A stretch of DNA of 64,000 nucleotides, from NCBI GenBank assembly GCA_002395085.1, contig DGVV01000168.1:60840-124839 (forward strand), written 5' to 3'. How positions within the stretch are numbered: the first letter of the stretch is position 1; the number at the start of each line of letters is the position of its first letter. The notes beneath the pieces were generated by a model that saw only the letters and a program-made list of their open reading frames with translations, ran no database searches and was not told where the DNA came from. Below, in pieces: positions 1 through 8,955 of this stretch. Made by a program: the position numbers and the translations under genes. The DNA comes from Ruminococcus sp. UBA4275. Lineage in GTDB: Bacteria > Bacillota > Clostridia > Oscillospirales > Ruminococcaceae.

Positions 1-1507
1 CACCTCCTGCGATTGTGTTCATGATGTGCGCCTGCGTGAGCTGATCGCCAGTCAGTTCACCGACCTGTTTACGGTCACGCATGACCAGCAGGCGGGAACA
101 GGTGCGGAGCATCTCATCCGTTTCCGAGGAGATGAACGTCACGCTCATACCCTCCGACGCCAGTTTTAAAACCAGCTTCTGTATGTCGATTTTCGTGCCG
201 ACATCAATGCCGCGCGTAGGCTCATCAAGGATCAGGTATTTCGGATGTGTCAGCAGCCAGCGCGCCAGAATGACCTTTTGCTGATTTCCGCCCGAGAGCG
301 ACTTGATCGGCGTATCGACCGATGCTGTTTTGATGTCCAGCAGCTTGATGTATTCCTCAGCAAACTGCGTTGCTTTTGCCTTCGAGAACGGTTTGAAGAA
401 ACCGGTCAGAACCTGAAGAGCCAGAATAATGTTATCCTTAACGGAAAGATCGCCGACAATGCCGTCCCGTTTACGGTCTTCCGGCAGGTAAGCGATGCCG
501 GCTTTCATGGCCTCAATCGGTTTTGTGATTTTGACCGCTTTTCCGTCCACGCGAACTTGTCCGCTCGTAACATGATCAGCACCGAAAATTGCTCGGACAG
601 ATTCGCTTCTGCCTGAACCAAGCAAACCTGTGAAACCATTGACCTCACCCTTGCGGATGTAGAAGTCAAACGGTGCAATTCCCTCAGAGCTGCAAAGCCC
701 TCTCGCCTCATAAACCGGCGAATCATCCTTCTGTGTGTAGACCGGAATGTCATTTTTGATATCCGCCATATCATTGAGTTCCTTGCCAAGCATCTTGGAA
801 ACAAGCTTGACGCGCGGCAGTTCTGCGATCGGATATTCACCGACCAATCTGCCGTCCCGCAGCACAGTAATGCGGTCACAGACCTCGTAGACCTGATCCA
901 GAAAATGCGTGACAAAAATAATGCCGACGCCGCGTTCTTTCAGATGCCGCATCAAACCGAACAGCTTCTCGACTTCAGATTCATCCAGTGATGAAGTTGG
1001 TTCATCAAGAATCAGAACCTGACAGTCCATATCCACAGCGCGCGCAATTGCGACCATCTGCTGCACCGCGATAGAACAACTTGCAAGCTGCTGTGTCGGG
1101 GAAACAGCAATGCCAAGCGAATCTAAAAGTTGTTTGGCTTTCTGGTTCATTTTCTTCCAGTTGACCGTACTTCCTTCGCCGCGAGCGATAAAAATATTCT
1201 CCGCAACGGAGAGATTCGGGCAAAGTGAGATTTCCTGATAAACCGTACTGATGCCGGCACGCTGTGCCTGCTGCGGCGAATGAATCTGAACCGCACCGGC
1301 ATATCTGCCGCGCAGATAGATTTCGCCGCTGTCTTTCGGATAAACGCCGGTCAGAACCTTGATCAGTGTAGATTTTCCAGCGCCGTTTTCGCCCATCAGC
1401 GCATGAATTTCGCCCTTTCGCAGCGTAAAATCAACGCCCTGTAAGGCACGTACACCAGGGAAAGATTTGTAAACCCCCCGCATTTCGAGAACAGAATCCT
1501 CCTGCAT
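1..1507 (-). CDS. Sugar ABC transporter ATP-binding protein with two fused ATPase domains; 3' end runs off the window
   Basis: Absent from the ORF track because it is open at the window edge. Minus-strand translation from ATG 1507 gives MQEDSVLEMRGVYKSFPGV... It has Walker A GENGAGKST, a second P-loop GLLGSGRSE and the signature LSGGNQQKV. An AGGAGGG RBS lies upstream. Confidence 0.9.
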   Translation of the reverse strand, partial: MQEDSVLEMRGVYKSFPGVRALQGVDFTLRKGEIHALMGENGAGKSTLIKVLTGVYPKDSGEIYLRGRYAGAVQIHSPQQAQRAGISTVYQEISLCPNLSVAENIFIARGEGSTVNWKKMNQKAKQLLDSLGIAVSPTQQLASCSIAVQQMVAIARAVDMDCQVLILDEPTSSLDESEVEKLFGLMRHLKERGVGIIFVTHFLDQVYEVCDRITVLRDGRLVGEYPIAELPRVKLVSKMLGKELNDMADIKNDIPVYTQKDDSPVYEARGLCSSEGIAPFDFYIRKGEVNGFTGLLGSGRSESVRAIFGADHVTSGQVRVDGKAVKITKPIEAMKAGIAYLPEDRKRDGIVGDLSVKDNIILALQVLTGFFKPFSKAKATQFAEEYIKLLDIKTASVDTPIKSLSGGNQQKVILARWLLTHPKYLILDEPTRGIDVGTKIDIQKLVLKLASEGMSVTFISSETDEMLRTCSRLLVMRDRKQVGELTGDQLTQAHIMNTIAGG

Positions 1508-1533
1508 ATTCGACCCTCCTTCAATTGGTTGCA

Positions 1534-1575
1534 AAAAGGCGGGGGACATACAGCAAACTATGTCCACCCGCCCCT
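1534..1575 (-). terminator. Intercistronic hairpin (partial terminator/attenuator) between the binding-protein and ATPase genes
   Basis: GGGGCGGGTGGACAT..ATGTCCCCCGCC stem followed by TTTTT on the minus strand. Confidence 0.5.
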
Positions 1576-1606
1576 GCTAATGCGATGTTACTGGATCAAA
1601 CAGGAA

Positions 1607-2644
1607 TCAGATGCCGTACTTCTCAACATCTTCAGCCGTGATCGTTGCGGCGTCAAAGCCCTTCTCTTCCATGATAATGGTCTTCTGATCGAGTGTTTCG
1701 CCGGCTTCGAGCTTCTTGATGATGTCATTGATGTACGAAGACTGGAACGGGTTGCACTGACCATCGTAGTTCCAGTTCTGCGCCTTCAGCTCTTCAAGCG
1801 CCCATTTGTTGCAGTCAAAGCCCATGACGATGACATCCTTGCCGACGCCGTGAGTAATATTTGCCTTATCGAGTGCTGCAACGGCACCCTTTGCCATGTC
1901 GTCATTTTCAGCGTAGATTACGTTGAATTTCTTGCCGGAGTCAATGACAGACTGCACAATCTGCTGTGCCTTTTCTGCGCTCCACTCAGCGGTCTGCTGG
2001 GTGACAACATTCCAGCCGAGCTCGGTAACTGCTTTGTCAAGCGCGCCGGATCTGCCCTTCTGCGCATCCGAGCCCATGACACCCTGCAGGTGAATAATAT
2101 TGTAAGAATCGAGGCTCTGTCCCTTCAGCCACTCGACTGCGGTTTCGCCTTCCTTCAACATATCCGAAACAATGGATGCCTCATAGAGGCTTTCGTCGGC
2201 GTCGATGGTGCGGTCAAAGAGGATGACTCTGACACCAGCCTTCTGTGCATCCTGAAGCACAGAATCCCAGCCGGCGGTATCTGCCGCAGAGAGCAGCAGG
2301 TAGTCAACTTCGTCCTGAATGAACTTCTGCGCATAAGTAATCTGCTCGTCGTTCTTGAGGCTGTATGCAAACTGTGCATCATAGCCGTTTTCCTTCGTGA
2401 AGGTAGCCTTCAGGTCGTTGACGTTTGCGGTACGGTAGCCGGACTCATTCGGGTCATTGTTGATGATGCCGACTTTGATGAGGTCTGATTTCGACTCGCC
2501 GGTATCAGCAGCGCCGGTATTTGCACTGTTGTTTGCGGCGGTATCTGCGGGGCTGTTTGCAGCCGGTTCATTACCGCAGGAGATCAGGCATGTGCTGCAC
2601 AGAGCAGCGCCCAGGATCACGGAAATAAGTTTTCTGGTTTTCAT
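1607..2644 (-). CDS. Sugar ABC transporter substrate-binding lipoprotein (periplasmic-binding-protein fold)
   Basis: 345 aa. Lipoprotein signal MKTRKLISVILGAALCSTCLISCGNE, followed by a ribose/galactofuranose-binding-type PBP sequence. It lies adjacent to the ABC ATPase. Confidence 0.9.
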   Translation of the reverse strand: MKTRKLISVILGAALCSTCLISCGNEPAANSPADTAANNSANTGAADTGESKSDLIKVGIINNDPNESGYRTANVNDLKATFTKENGYDAQFAYSLKNDEQITYAQKFIQDEVDYLLLSAADTAGWDSVLQDAQKAGVRVILFDRTIDADESLYEASIVSDMLKEGETAVEWLKGQSLDSYNIIHLQGVMGSDAQKGRSGALDKAVTELGWNVVTQQTAEWSAEKAQQIVQSVIDSGKKFNVIYAENDDMAKGAVAALDKANITHGVGKDVIVMGFDCNKWALEELKAQNWNYDGQCNPFQSSYINDIIKKLEAGETLDQKTIIMEEKGFDAATITAEDVEKYGI

Positions 2645-2784
2645 AGTAGGTTCACCCTCCTTAATGTTTGCGCTAGCGCTTCCCCCGCTAACTTGTACTT
2701 ACATTATAAACTTACAGTGCGTACATTTCAACCGGAAATTTTATCCGATTTGTGTATTATTTTATGTTATCAACTCTCTGTATC

Positions 2785-3495
2785 TTAGAGGCTGACATTT
2801 GCGCTGCTTTGAAACTGCCGTGGTGTTTGTCCGGTATATTTCTTGAAAATCTGACTGAAATAACGATAATCGCGGAAGCCGACTTCGTATGCGACTTCGT
2901 AGATCAACTTGGACGTACAACACAGCAGTTCCTTGGATTTGTGGATACGAAGCTGGGTCAGGTAATCAGAGAAATTACGGTTCATCTCGCGTTTGAATAA
3001 TGCACTGAGATACGTCGGGCTCAGTCCGACTGCATCCGCAACAGATGTCAGCGAGAGATCATCCCGCATATAGTTCTGGTCGATGTAATCCTTTGCGTTC
3101 TGCACAATCGGATTGCTGTTCTCCGATGCAATGGCAATCCGCCAGAGGATACACTGTTCAATCATGTCATTCAGAAACGAAATTGTCTCGTCAACTGTCT
3201 GCAAATGGGCAGCAATCTCATCAATTGTGCCAAACCTCGAAATGAATTTCGCCTTCGGGATGCCGAGTTTATCTGTGAAGCTCTTGGCGACAATGTAAAT
3301 ATCCATGCCGACATAGAGCCGCAGCATCAGAGATTCCAGATTGCGGAACTGGACCTGATCGAGATAGGAATCCAGTACCTCACCGCAGTTTTCGAGCTTT
3401 CCGCTTTGCAGCAACCGCTCAATCTGAAGCGTATCGAACCGCCGGATGTCACAGTAATCTTCTGAAACTGGAACCTGCGCCATAGACTGCATCAC
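2785..3495 (-). CDS. AraC-family transcriptional regulator (YesN-like middle and HTH domains, no receiver domain)
   Basis: 236 aa. The C-terminal AraC HTH reads LSPTYLSALFKREMNRNFSDYLTQLRIHKSKELL...GFRDYRYFSQIFKKYTGQTPRQF. Confidence 0.8.
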   Translation of the reverse strand: MMQSMAQVPVSEDYCDIRRFDTLQIERLLQSGKLENCGEVLDSYLDQVQFRNLESLMLRLYVGMDIYIVAKSFTDKLGIPKAKFISRFGTIDEIAAHLQTVDETISFLNDMIEQCILWRIAIASENSNPIVQNAKDYIDQNYMRDDLSLTSVADAVGLSPTYLSALFKREMNRNFSDYLTQLRIHKSKELLCCTSKLIYEVAYEVGFRDYRYFSQIFKKYTGQTPRQFQSSANVSL

Positions 3496-4612
3496 CGCCT
3501 AACAGTTTTTCACCGAATGCACCTCTGGTCTTTCTGTCAAGGATCCGTACAGAATCACGAATGACCAGATCAGGCACAAAAATCACATCCTTCTGCTGTG
3601 TATCCGGATCTGTCATCTGGTCGATCAGCATTTTTGCGGCGACTTCGCCCAGAAGCTGATGCGGGTGTCTGACAGTGGTCAGCGGAACATCGCAGATGGT
3701 CGAATATTTGGAGTCGTCAATGCCGACAACGGAAAGGCTGTCCGGCACACTGATGTCATGTTCTCTGCAAAAGCGCAGAAGATCGACGGCGAGCTTGTCA
3801 TTATAGCAGACAACAGCCGTAGAATTGACCAGCAATTCAATGAGCCGCTTCTGCTGATGCTGGAAGATGGCTGAGCGCTCTGACGTCGCAAACCACAGCA
3901 CATTCTTCTCAGCGGTACGGACATTGTGCGCCAGGCAGCTTCTCATGAAGCCGCCGTAGCGCTTATGTCCCTGAATATCATCGAGTGCAAAGATGCCGGA
4001 AATCTGCTTGTGGCCGCAGTCAAAGAGATAATCCGTAACGATCTGACCGGCAGAATCGTCATTCATCGCTGCGTAGGGGAAATCAGCCCATGGATATTTT
4101 GCATTGAAGAATACAAGCGGGATATTGTTCCGGCGAATCTCCTGATAGAGATCCATATTCGGATTCGGAAGCGCACTCTTAGAAGGCTCAACAATAAGCC
4201 CGTCCACGCCGTTCGAGATCATGGTTTTGAGTGCCTGCGCTTCTTCACAGACCTGATTATGGGTAATGGCAAGCTGCATGGCAATACCGGAGCTGTTCAG
4301 CACGGACTCAATGCCAGTGACGATCTGCGGAAAGATATAGTCACTGAAATAGGTCGAGACCACGCCGACGCGCTTCGAGCTTGCGCTGCCGTTTGAGATG
4401 CCGTTTTTCACGAAAGTACCGCTGCCGCGCACACGGCAGATGACACCGTCGCTCTCCAGGCACTTGAGCGCCTGCCGCACTGTCTGTCTGCTGACACTGT
4501 GAATGGCACACAGTTCCTTCTCAGACAAGAAGCGGTCATTGGGCTGGAGATGTTCCGAAACAATGTAGTTTTTGATCCAATCTACGATAGCGAGATACTT
4601 GTAGTCTTCCAT
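3449..4612 (-). CDS. GntR-family regulator with a LacI/PBP-type sugar-binding domain (AraR-like architecture)
   Basis: N-terminal GntR wHTH (LPNDRFLSEKELCAIHSVSRQTVRQALKCLESDGVI) followed by a PBP fold. The start was moved to ATG 4612, which is preceded by AAGGAGG. Confidence 0.85.
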   Translation of the reverse strand: MEDYKYLAIVDWIKNYIVSEHLQPNDRFLSEKELCAIHSVSRQTVRQALKCLESDGVICRVRGSGTFVKNGISNGSASSKRVGVVSTYFSDYIFPQIVTGIESVLNSSGIAMQLAITHNQVCEEAQALKTMISNGVDGLIVEPSKSALPNPNMDLYQEIRRNNIPLVFFNAKYPWADFPYAAMNDDSAGQIVTDYLFDCGHKQISGIFALDDIQGHKRYGGFMRSCLAHNVRTAEKNVLWFATSERSAIFQHQQKRLIELLVNSTAVVCYNDKLAVDLLRFCREHDISVPDSLSVVGIDDSKYSTICDVPLTTVRHPHQLLGEVAAKMLIDQMTDPDTQQKDVIFVPDLVIRDSVRILDRKTRGAFGEKLLGGDAVYGAGSSFRRLL

Positions 4613-4680
4613 AGGATCCTCCTTGAGCTTTTTCAAACATTGATATTAGGCAGATCGGATTTCGATGCTGATATGGGCGA

Positions 4681-6210
4681 TCAGCGAAGATCCAGATCTA
4701 CAAACTGAACCTGTCCGAACACGGCATTGCCGGTACGGTTGGTCATATCCTTAAGGGTAGAGATAATAGATGCGTCAATTCCTTCACTCTTCTTTGCAAC
4801 GGCGATCTTGTAATCAGCATTGATCGGGCCGGCAGAGGTTTCGAGAGAAGCAAGCAGGGCAGCGTGTGCCGTATTGACGTTGTTGATGACGGAATTGTAA
4901 CCGGTCGTATTGTTTTCGACCTGAATCATCACGACAAATTCATCCGAACCGGTACGGTAGACATTGCCGTTCGGGAAGACCTTTTTCAGCGTTTCAACCG
5001 TAGCGCGCAGCACCTGATCACCGATGTCATTGCCGTAACGGATATTGATGTCACTGAAATCGCTGATATTCAGCATGACGAAGTAGTAGGGGAATTCCTG
5101 ATTCGGTTCGAGACGCTCTGCGTCCATCGTAAAGGAAACGCGGTTGCTGACATCCGTGAGAATATCGCGGAACATCGCCGTTTCGAGGGATTCCTTTGTC
5201 TTTTCGTTGCGCAGGATCTGCGTAGAGAGCTTTTCGACAATCTGTTCCTGCTTCTTATTGATGAGATGGAACATCACAACGAGGCCGAACATCAGCAGAC
5301 CGATTATTGCGAAGAACACACGCATACTGATAGAGAGGCGGTAGATTTCCGATTTTGCAGCATCCAGCATCAGAATCCAGCCGTATTCTTTCATGTATGT
5401 GTAGGTTGAGATGTACTTGTCGTCATCATACTTGTACTCAAAATTACCGGAGTAATTCTTCGGATCTTTGCCGATTTCCTCGCAAAGTGTCAGGATTTCG
5501 GGCTGCTGGGTAACAGTCGAGACAAGAGATTTGTCAGGATTGAAGATGTACTTGTTATCTGCAGTATTGACCATGCTGTAGAATGAGGTGTCAATGCCGC
5601 GGATCTGAAGCTTATTCAGCGTATTGATGAGACCGTCGGTGTACAAACCGAGACCGACCAGACCGATCGGCTCATTGTTGTCATCCATAACAGCCATATA
5701 CATCGAGACGATCTGCTTGCCGGAAGCAGGGGAGACGATGATACCGGTATCGTAGACACCGGGACTTGCTGCCAGCATTGCATCATGAAGCTGTTTCAGA
5801 GGGCCTTCTTCCTTGCGGGTGATGATACCGACAACGCTCTTGTCCGTATGTGCAAGAACATGGGTATTCCACTCACTGACATAGATACCTTCCAGGTCCG
5901 GAATGTCTCCGGAAAATTTTTCAGTATACTTTTGCGCCGCAGTTTTTGCAGCGGGATCTTTCGGATTCAGCAGCACATCTGTAATCTGACCTGCACGCGC
6001 ATAGGCGCTCAGGGTTTTCTCAGCGTTCTCAATGTAGCTTTCGATGATGTGCGCACGTTCTTCAGTAATCGTAGCCATATGATCAAGGGAGCTTTGCCGT
6101 GTTCTGCTGCTGACGATTTTCGTAATCAGCAAAGTCAGGAGCAGCATGACCACCAACTCAATGATCAGCGCGATGTTTACGGTTGACATCTTTTTCTTTT
6201 TCTTGCTCAT
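4681..6210 (-). CDS. Membrane sensor protein: TM, Cache-like extracytoplasmic domain, TM, GGDEF-type domain with GSDEF motif
   Basis: 509 aa with two hydrophobic segments. The C-terminal diguanylate-cyclase-like domain ends ...GDQVLRATVETLKKVFPNGNVYRTGSDEFVVMI. Confidence 0.8.
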   Translation of the reverse strand: MSKKKKKMSTVNIALIIELVVMLLLTLLITKIVSSRTRQSSLDHMATITEERAHIIESYIENAEKTLSAYARAGQITDVLLNPKDPAAKTAAQKYTEKFSGDIPDLEGIYVSEWNTHVLAHTDKSVVGIITRKEEGPLKQLHDAMLAASPGVYDTGIIVSPASGKQIVSMYMAVMDDNNEPIGLVGLGLYTDGLINTLNKLQIRGIDTSFYSMVNTADNKYIFNPDKSLVSTVTQQPEILTLCEEIGKDPKNYSGNFEYKYDDDKYISTYTYMKEYGWILMLDAAKSEIYRLSISMRVFFAIIGLLMFGLVVMFHLINKKQEQIVEKLSTQILRNEKTKESLETAMFRDILTDVSNRVSFTMDAERLEPNQEFPYYFVMLNISDFSDINIRYGNDIGDQVLRATVETLKKVFPNGNVYRTGSDEFVVMIQVENNTTGYNSVINNVNTAHAALLASLETSAGPINADYKIAVAKKSEGIDASIISTLKDMTNRTGNAVFGQVQFVDLDLR

Positions 6211-6258
6211 TTCCGTAATTCCTTTCCATATACTTCCTTTTTCGTTTCAGGCATTCGG

Positions 6259-6862
6259 TTATTTCTTACCGAACAGACCGCCGAACAATTTCTTTACGCT
6301 GAAGGATTCCTCCTCCTCTTCTGGTTCGGCAGGGGCAATCTCATCCGCAGCATTCAGCAGCGAATTGACGCGGTCACGCAGATAATCTGCGCTGCTGGCT
6401 TTCGGAACTGCGGGGGCAGGATGCGCAGCATCCTCAGATCCTGCCGAACCGGACACTTTCGGCAGATTGCCCTGTAACTCCGAAAACTGACTGAGCTGCG
6501 AGATTGCAACGGCACGGTCGTGCATGAGAATCTCACATTTCTCGTTTTCCTTGTTCAGCGCCAGGATACATCGCAGGCAGTGATCACACGGCAGCAGAGG
6601 TGTACCGTCCGCAATGGACATCAGCAGGAGTCCGCGAATGATTGCTTCGCTGCCCGCCTGCATATTGCGGATTGCCTCCGCCTCAGCATGAATCTGCATG
6701 ATTTTGCCGCCCACACGATCACGGCGATTCAGTCCGACATAGATTCTGCCGGTCTGCGTGTATATAACACAGACAGTATCATCCGGAAAGACCTGCGCAC
6801 CGCTTTGCATTCGTGAGGAAGCAACCTCCCGCGCTTTTTGGAACAAGACATCGTAATTCATT
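6259..6862 (-). CDS. Cytidine/deoxycytidylate-deaminase-fold protein with a low-complexity tail and an amphipathic C-terminus
   Basis: Zinc motifs HAEAEAI and PCDHCLRC. The start was moved to ATG 6862, preceded by GGAAAGGAGGG. The tail reads ...PAEPEEEEESFSVKKLFGGLFGKK. Confidence 0.7.
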
Positions 6863-7236
6863 AGGGTTTTCCCTCCTTTCCATAACCGCAGCACAGCACC
6901 GGAACAGGGGATCATTCCAAGATGTCCGTACTGCTTGTTGTACGTATTATACAAGATATATTCAAGAATGTCAAGGTAGAATTTGCAGATTTAATGGACA
7001 AAGCGTATAAATCCATATAAAAACGTCGAATTTACTTTGTGCATCCATGTTCAAAATTTACGATTTGTATTGTAGTCAACTAAGTTTGCAGAATGGATAA
7101 TCGAAATAAACTCCGCAAAAATGCTGCGCATCTCCTGAACATATCGCAAAAAATGAGCAGTCTCATCCGATATGTACGGAATCACAGCGTTCCTGCGGAA
7201 AAGATACTTTAGATTTGAAATTTCACAGAGAACCCA

Positions 7237-7265
7237 TTGCTTTTTTATCGAAAATATGATATAAT
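7237..7265 (+). promoter_or_regulatory. Sigma-70-type promoter for the Spo0A-C-like gene
   Basis: TTGCTT, 17 nt, TATAAT, with a TG-extended -10 (TGATATAAT), about 30 nt upstream of ATG 7296. Confidence 0.5.
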
Positions 7266-7295
7266 AGCAACATAAATTTAATATGGAGGTGCCTC

Positions 7296-7709
7296 ATGGA
7301 ACTCAGAGCAGACATTGATTCAGAAATAACAGAAATTCTCTACAGCCTAGGATTCCGCGCAAAACTGCTTGGTTTCCACTACATCCGCCGCGGTATTATG
7401 CTTGCAATAGAAGCAGGCGGCGGAAAACTCGTCATGAAAAAACTCTATGACGATATTGCGGCAGAATTTCAAACGACCGCATCCTGTGTTGAACGCTCCA
7501 TGCGCCATGCAGTGAAGCTTGCATGGGAACACAAAGAGGAATTGGATGGATTCCGGCGCTTGCCGCCTTTTATGCTGAACAGCAGTCCGCGCAATTCCAT
7601 GTTGATTACCTTTATCGCGGAAGAATTACGGACAAATCAGTCCGGCTGCTTCCAGAAGCCATCTCCGATCATCCGTCTTGACCATAAAGGGGCATATACC
7701 GGCTTCTGA
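7296..7709 (+). CDS. Stand-alone Spo0A C-terminal (DNA-binding) domain protein, no receiver domain
   Basis: 137 aa. The pattern LGF..KLLGFHYIRRGIMLA...LYDDIAAEFQTTASCVERSMRHAVKLAW matches the Spo0A_C signature (TT.S.VER.IRHAI..AW). GGAGGTG RBS. Confidence 0.75.
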   Translation: MELRADIDSEITEILYSLGFRAKLLGFHYIRRGIMLAIEAGGGKLVMKKLYDDIAAEFQTTASCVERSMRHAVKLAWEHKEELDGFRRLPPFMLNSSPRNSMLITFIAEELRTNQSGCFQKPSPIIRLDHKGAYTGF

Positions 7710-7737
7710 ACCTGTACAAATACGTAATATTGCAAAC

Positions 7738-7776
7738 AAAAACCCCTTGCCTGTCCATACCGGCAAGGGGTTTTTC
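7738..7776 (+). terminator. Rho-independent terminator of the Spo0A-C-like gene
   Basis: AAAACCCCTTGCC..GGCAAGGGGTTTTT. Confidence 0.8.
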
Positions 7777-7787
7777 TGTAGAAATAA

Positions 7788-7821
7788 GACAGCGTTCCGA
7801 TGCAAAAAACGGAACGCTGTC
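7788..7821 (-). terminator. Probable native ssrA terminator, now separated from ssrA by the prophage
   Basis: Hairpin GACAGCGTTCCG..CGGAACGCTGTC followed by a T-rich run on the minus strand, directly downstream of the displaced tmRNA 3' fragment. Confidence 0.6.
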
Positions 7822-7829
7822 TGGCAGAA

Positions 7830-7854
7830 TGGAGGCGGCGGGAATTGAACCCGC
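7830..7854. repeat. attL core: displaced copy of the last 25 nt of tmRNA
   Basis: TGGAGGCGGCGGGAATTGAACCCGC is identical to 45383-45407. Confidence 0.85.
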
Positions 7855-7883
7855 TATACAGCAACGCAGATACGTGGTTTACG

Positions 7884-8933
7884 TCACTTCGTGTCATGTT
7901 TCGTGTCATGTTCACAGTTTTCGAGATTACTGTACATTGCAGCGTATCGGCTATTCATTAGTGCATCGGCATTGCGCCGGTCCGCGCTGAAAGTATGCTG
8001 GTACACCTGCTGCATGGTCTGCGTGCCAGACCAGCCGCCGCGCTCGGCCGCAACACGATCCGGGATGCCCTGCGCGTGCATATCAGATGCCGCGATGTGG
8101 CGCAGATCGTGGAAGCGGACACCGGGAAAGCCTGCCGCAGCCATGCGCCGTGTGAACTGCTTGTAGATCGCCTGCCCGGTCAGCGTGGTCGCATAGTCCG
8201 TCTGTGCGGCGAGGATCATGTCGCGCAGGAAATCCGGCAGCTCTTCGATGCGGCGAGTTGCGTCCGTCTTCGCGAGCACTTTTTCGATGTGCTGGCCGTC
8301 CACCGTGACGATCACACGCTCGATCAGCAAGTGGTTGCCTTGTACGGCTTCTTTGCGAATACCGCGCACCTCGCTGACGCGCAGGCATAGGCACAGTGCC
8401 AGCAGCACGGGCAGCTCTGCCGGCTCGCCGTGCATCACGCGCATCACATCCTCGCTCGTCGGCAGGTCGCGCTTGAGCTGCTTGATCTTGCGTGGCAGCG
8501 TCGTCCGCAGCACAAAGTCCGGATTGTGCATTGCCAGCGCGGCGGCGAGCAAGCCGTGCGCATTGATCACCGTCTTGGCGCTGTGCGTCCGAGCCTGATC
8601 GTTGACGGCGATCTGGATCTGCTCCCGTGTGAGCCGGTCGATCGGGATCTCCATAAGCGATTGCAAATAGTTCCGGCGCATCTTGCGATACTCGTTTATT
8701 GTGGTCGGCGACAACACAGTATCTTTGGATGCGATGTACCGATCTATCGCCTCGCCTACTGTCATCCGCTCGACGGTCGTTTTCTTCTTTGCTGCATACT
8801 CTGCTGCCAGATACTCAGCCTGCTTTTTCGTAGATGCCGTAAACGATCTGTACACATCTTTGCCGTCTGCGTTTTTGCCGTCGTAGACGCGCACACGCCA
8901 GCTCCCAGACGGGAGCTTTTTTGCTTTTGCCAT
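7884..8933 (-). CDS. int: Tyrosine-type site-specific integrase
   Basis: N-terminal SAM-like domain and catalytic region with R...HDLRH...Y (VRFHDLRHIAAS, QQVYQHT). The start was moved to ATG 8933, which follows GGAGGTG. Confidence 0.95.
   Translation of the reverse strand: MAKAKKLPSGSWRVRVYDGKNADGKDVYRSFTASTKKQAEYLAAEYAAKKKTTVERMTVGEAIDRYIASKDTVLSPTTINEYRKMRRNYLQSLMEIPIDRLTREQIQIAVNDQARTHSAKTVINAHGLLAAALAMHNPDFVLRTTLPRKIKQLKRDLPTSEDVMRVMHGEPAELPVLLALCLCLRVSEVRGIRKEAVQGNHLLIERVIVTVDGQHIEKVLAKTDATRRIEELPDFLRDMILAAQTDYATTLTGQAIYKQFTRRMAAAGFPGVRFHDLRHIAASDMHAQGIPDRVAAERGGWSGTQTMQQVYQHTFSADRRNADALMNSRYAAMYSNLENCEHDTKHDTK
7889..7911. repeat. Arm-type repeat block (2 x CGTGTCATG) at the int-proximal arm
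   Basis: TCGTGTCATGTTTCGTGTCATGT is identical to 45245-45267. It overlaps the int stop region and encodes the HDTKHDTK tail. Confidence 0.6.
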
Positions 8934-8955
8934 GGTGTACACCTCCGATCACATA

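Noticed and set aside
3449-3495. The 47-nt overlap of the GntR/PBP and AraC ORFs as evidence of a frameshifted single gene.
   Set aside because: The two proteins belong to unrelated families. Each has a complete DNA-binding domain, and the GntR/PBP fold is already complete before the overlap.
7730-7990. ORF 7730-7990 spanning the terminators, attL and the end of int.
   Set aside because: It crosses two hairpin terminators and the att core and has no RBS. It is an artefact.
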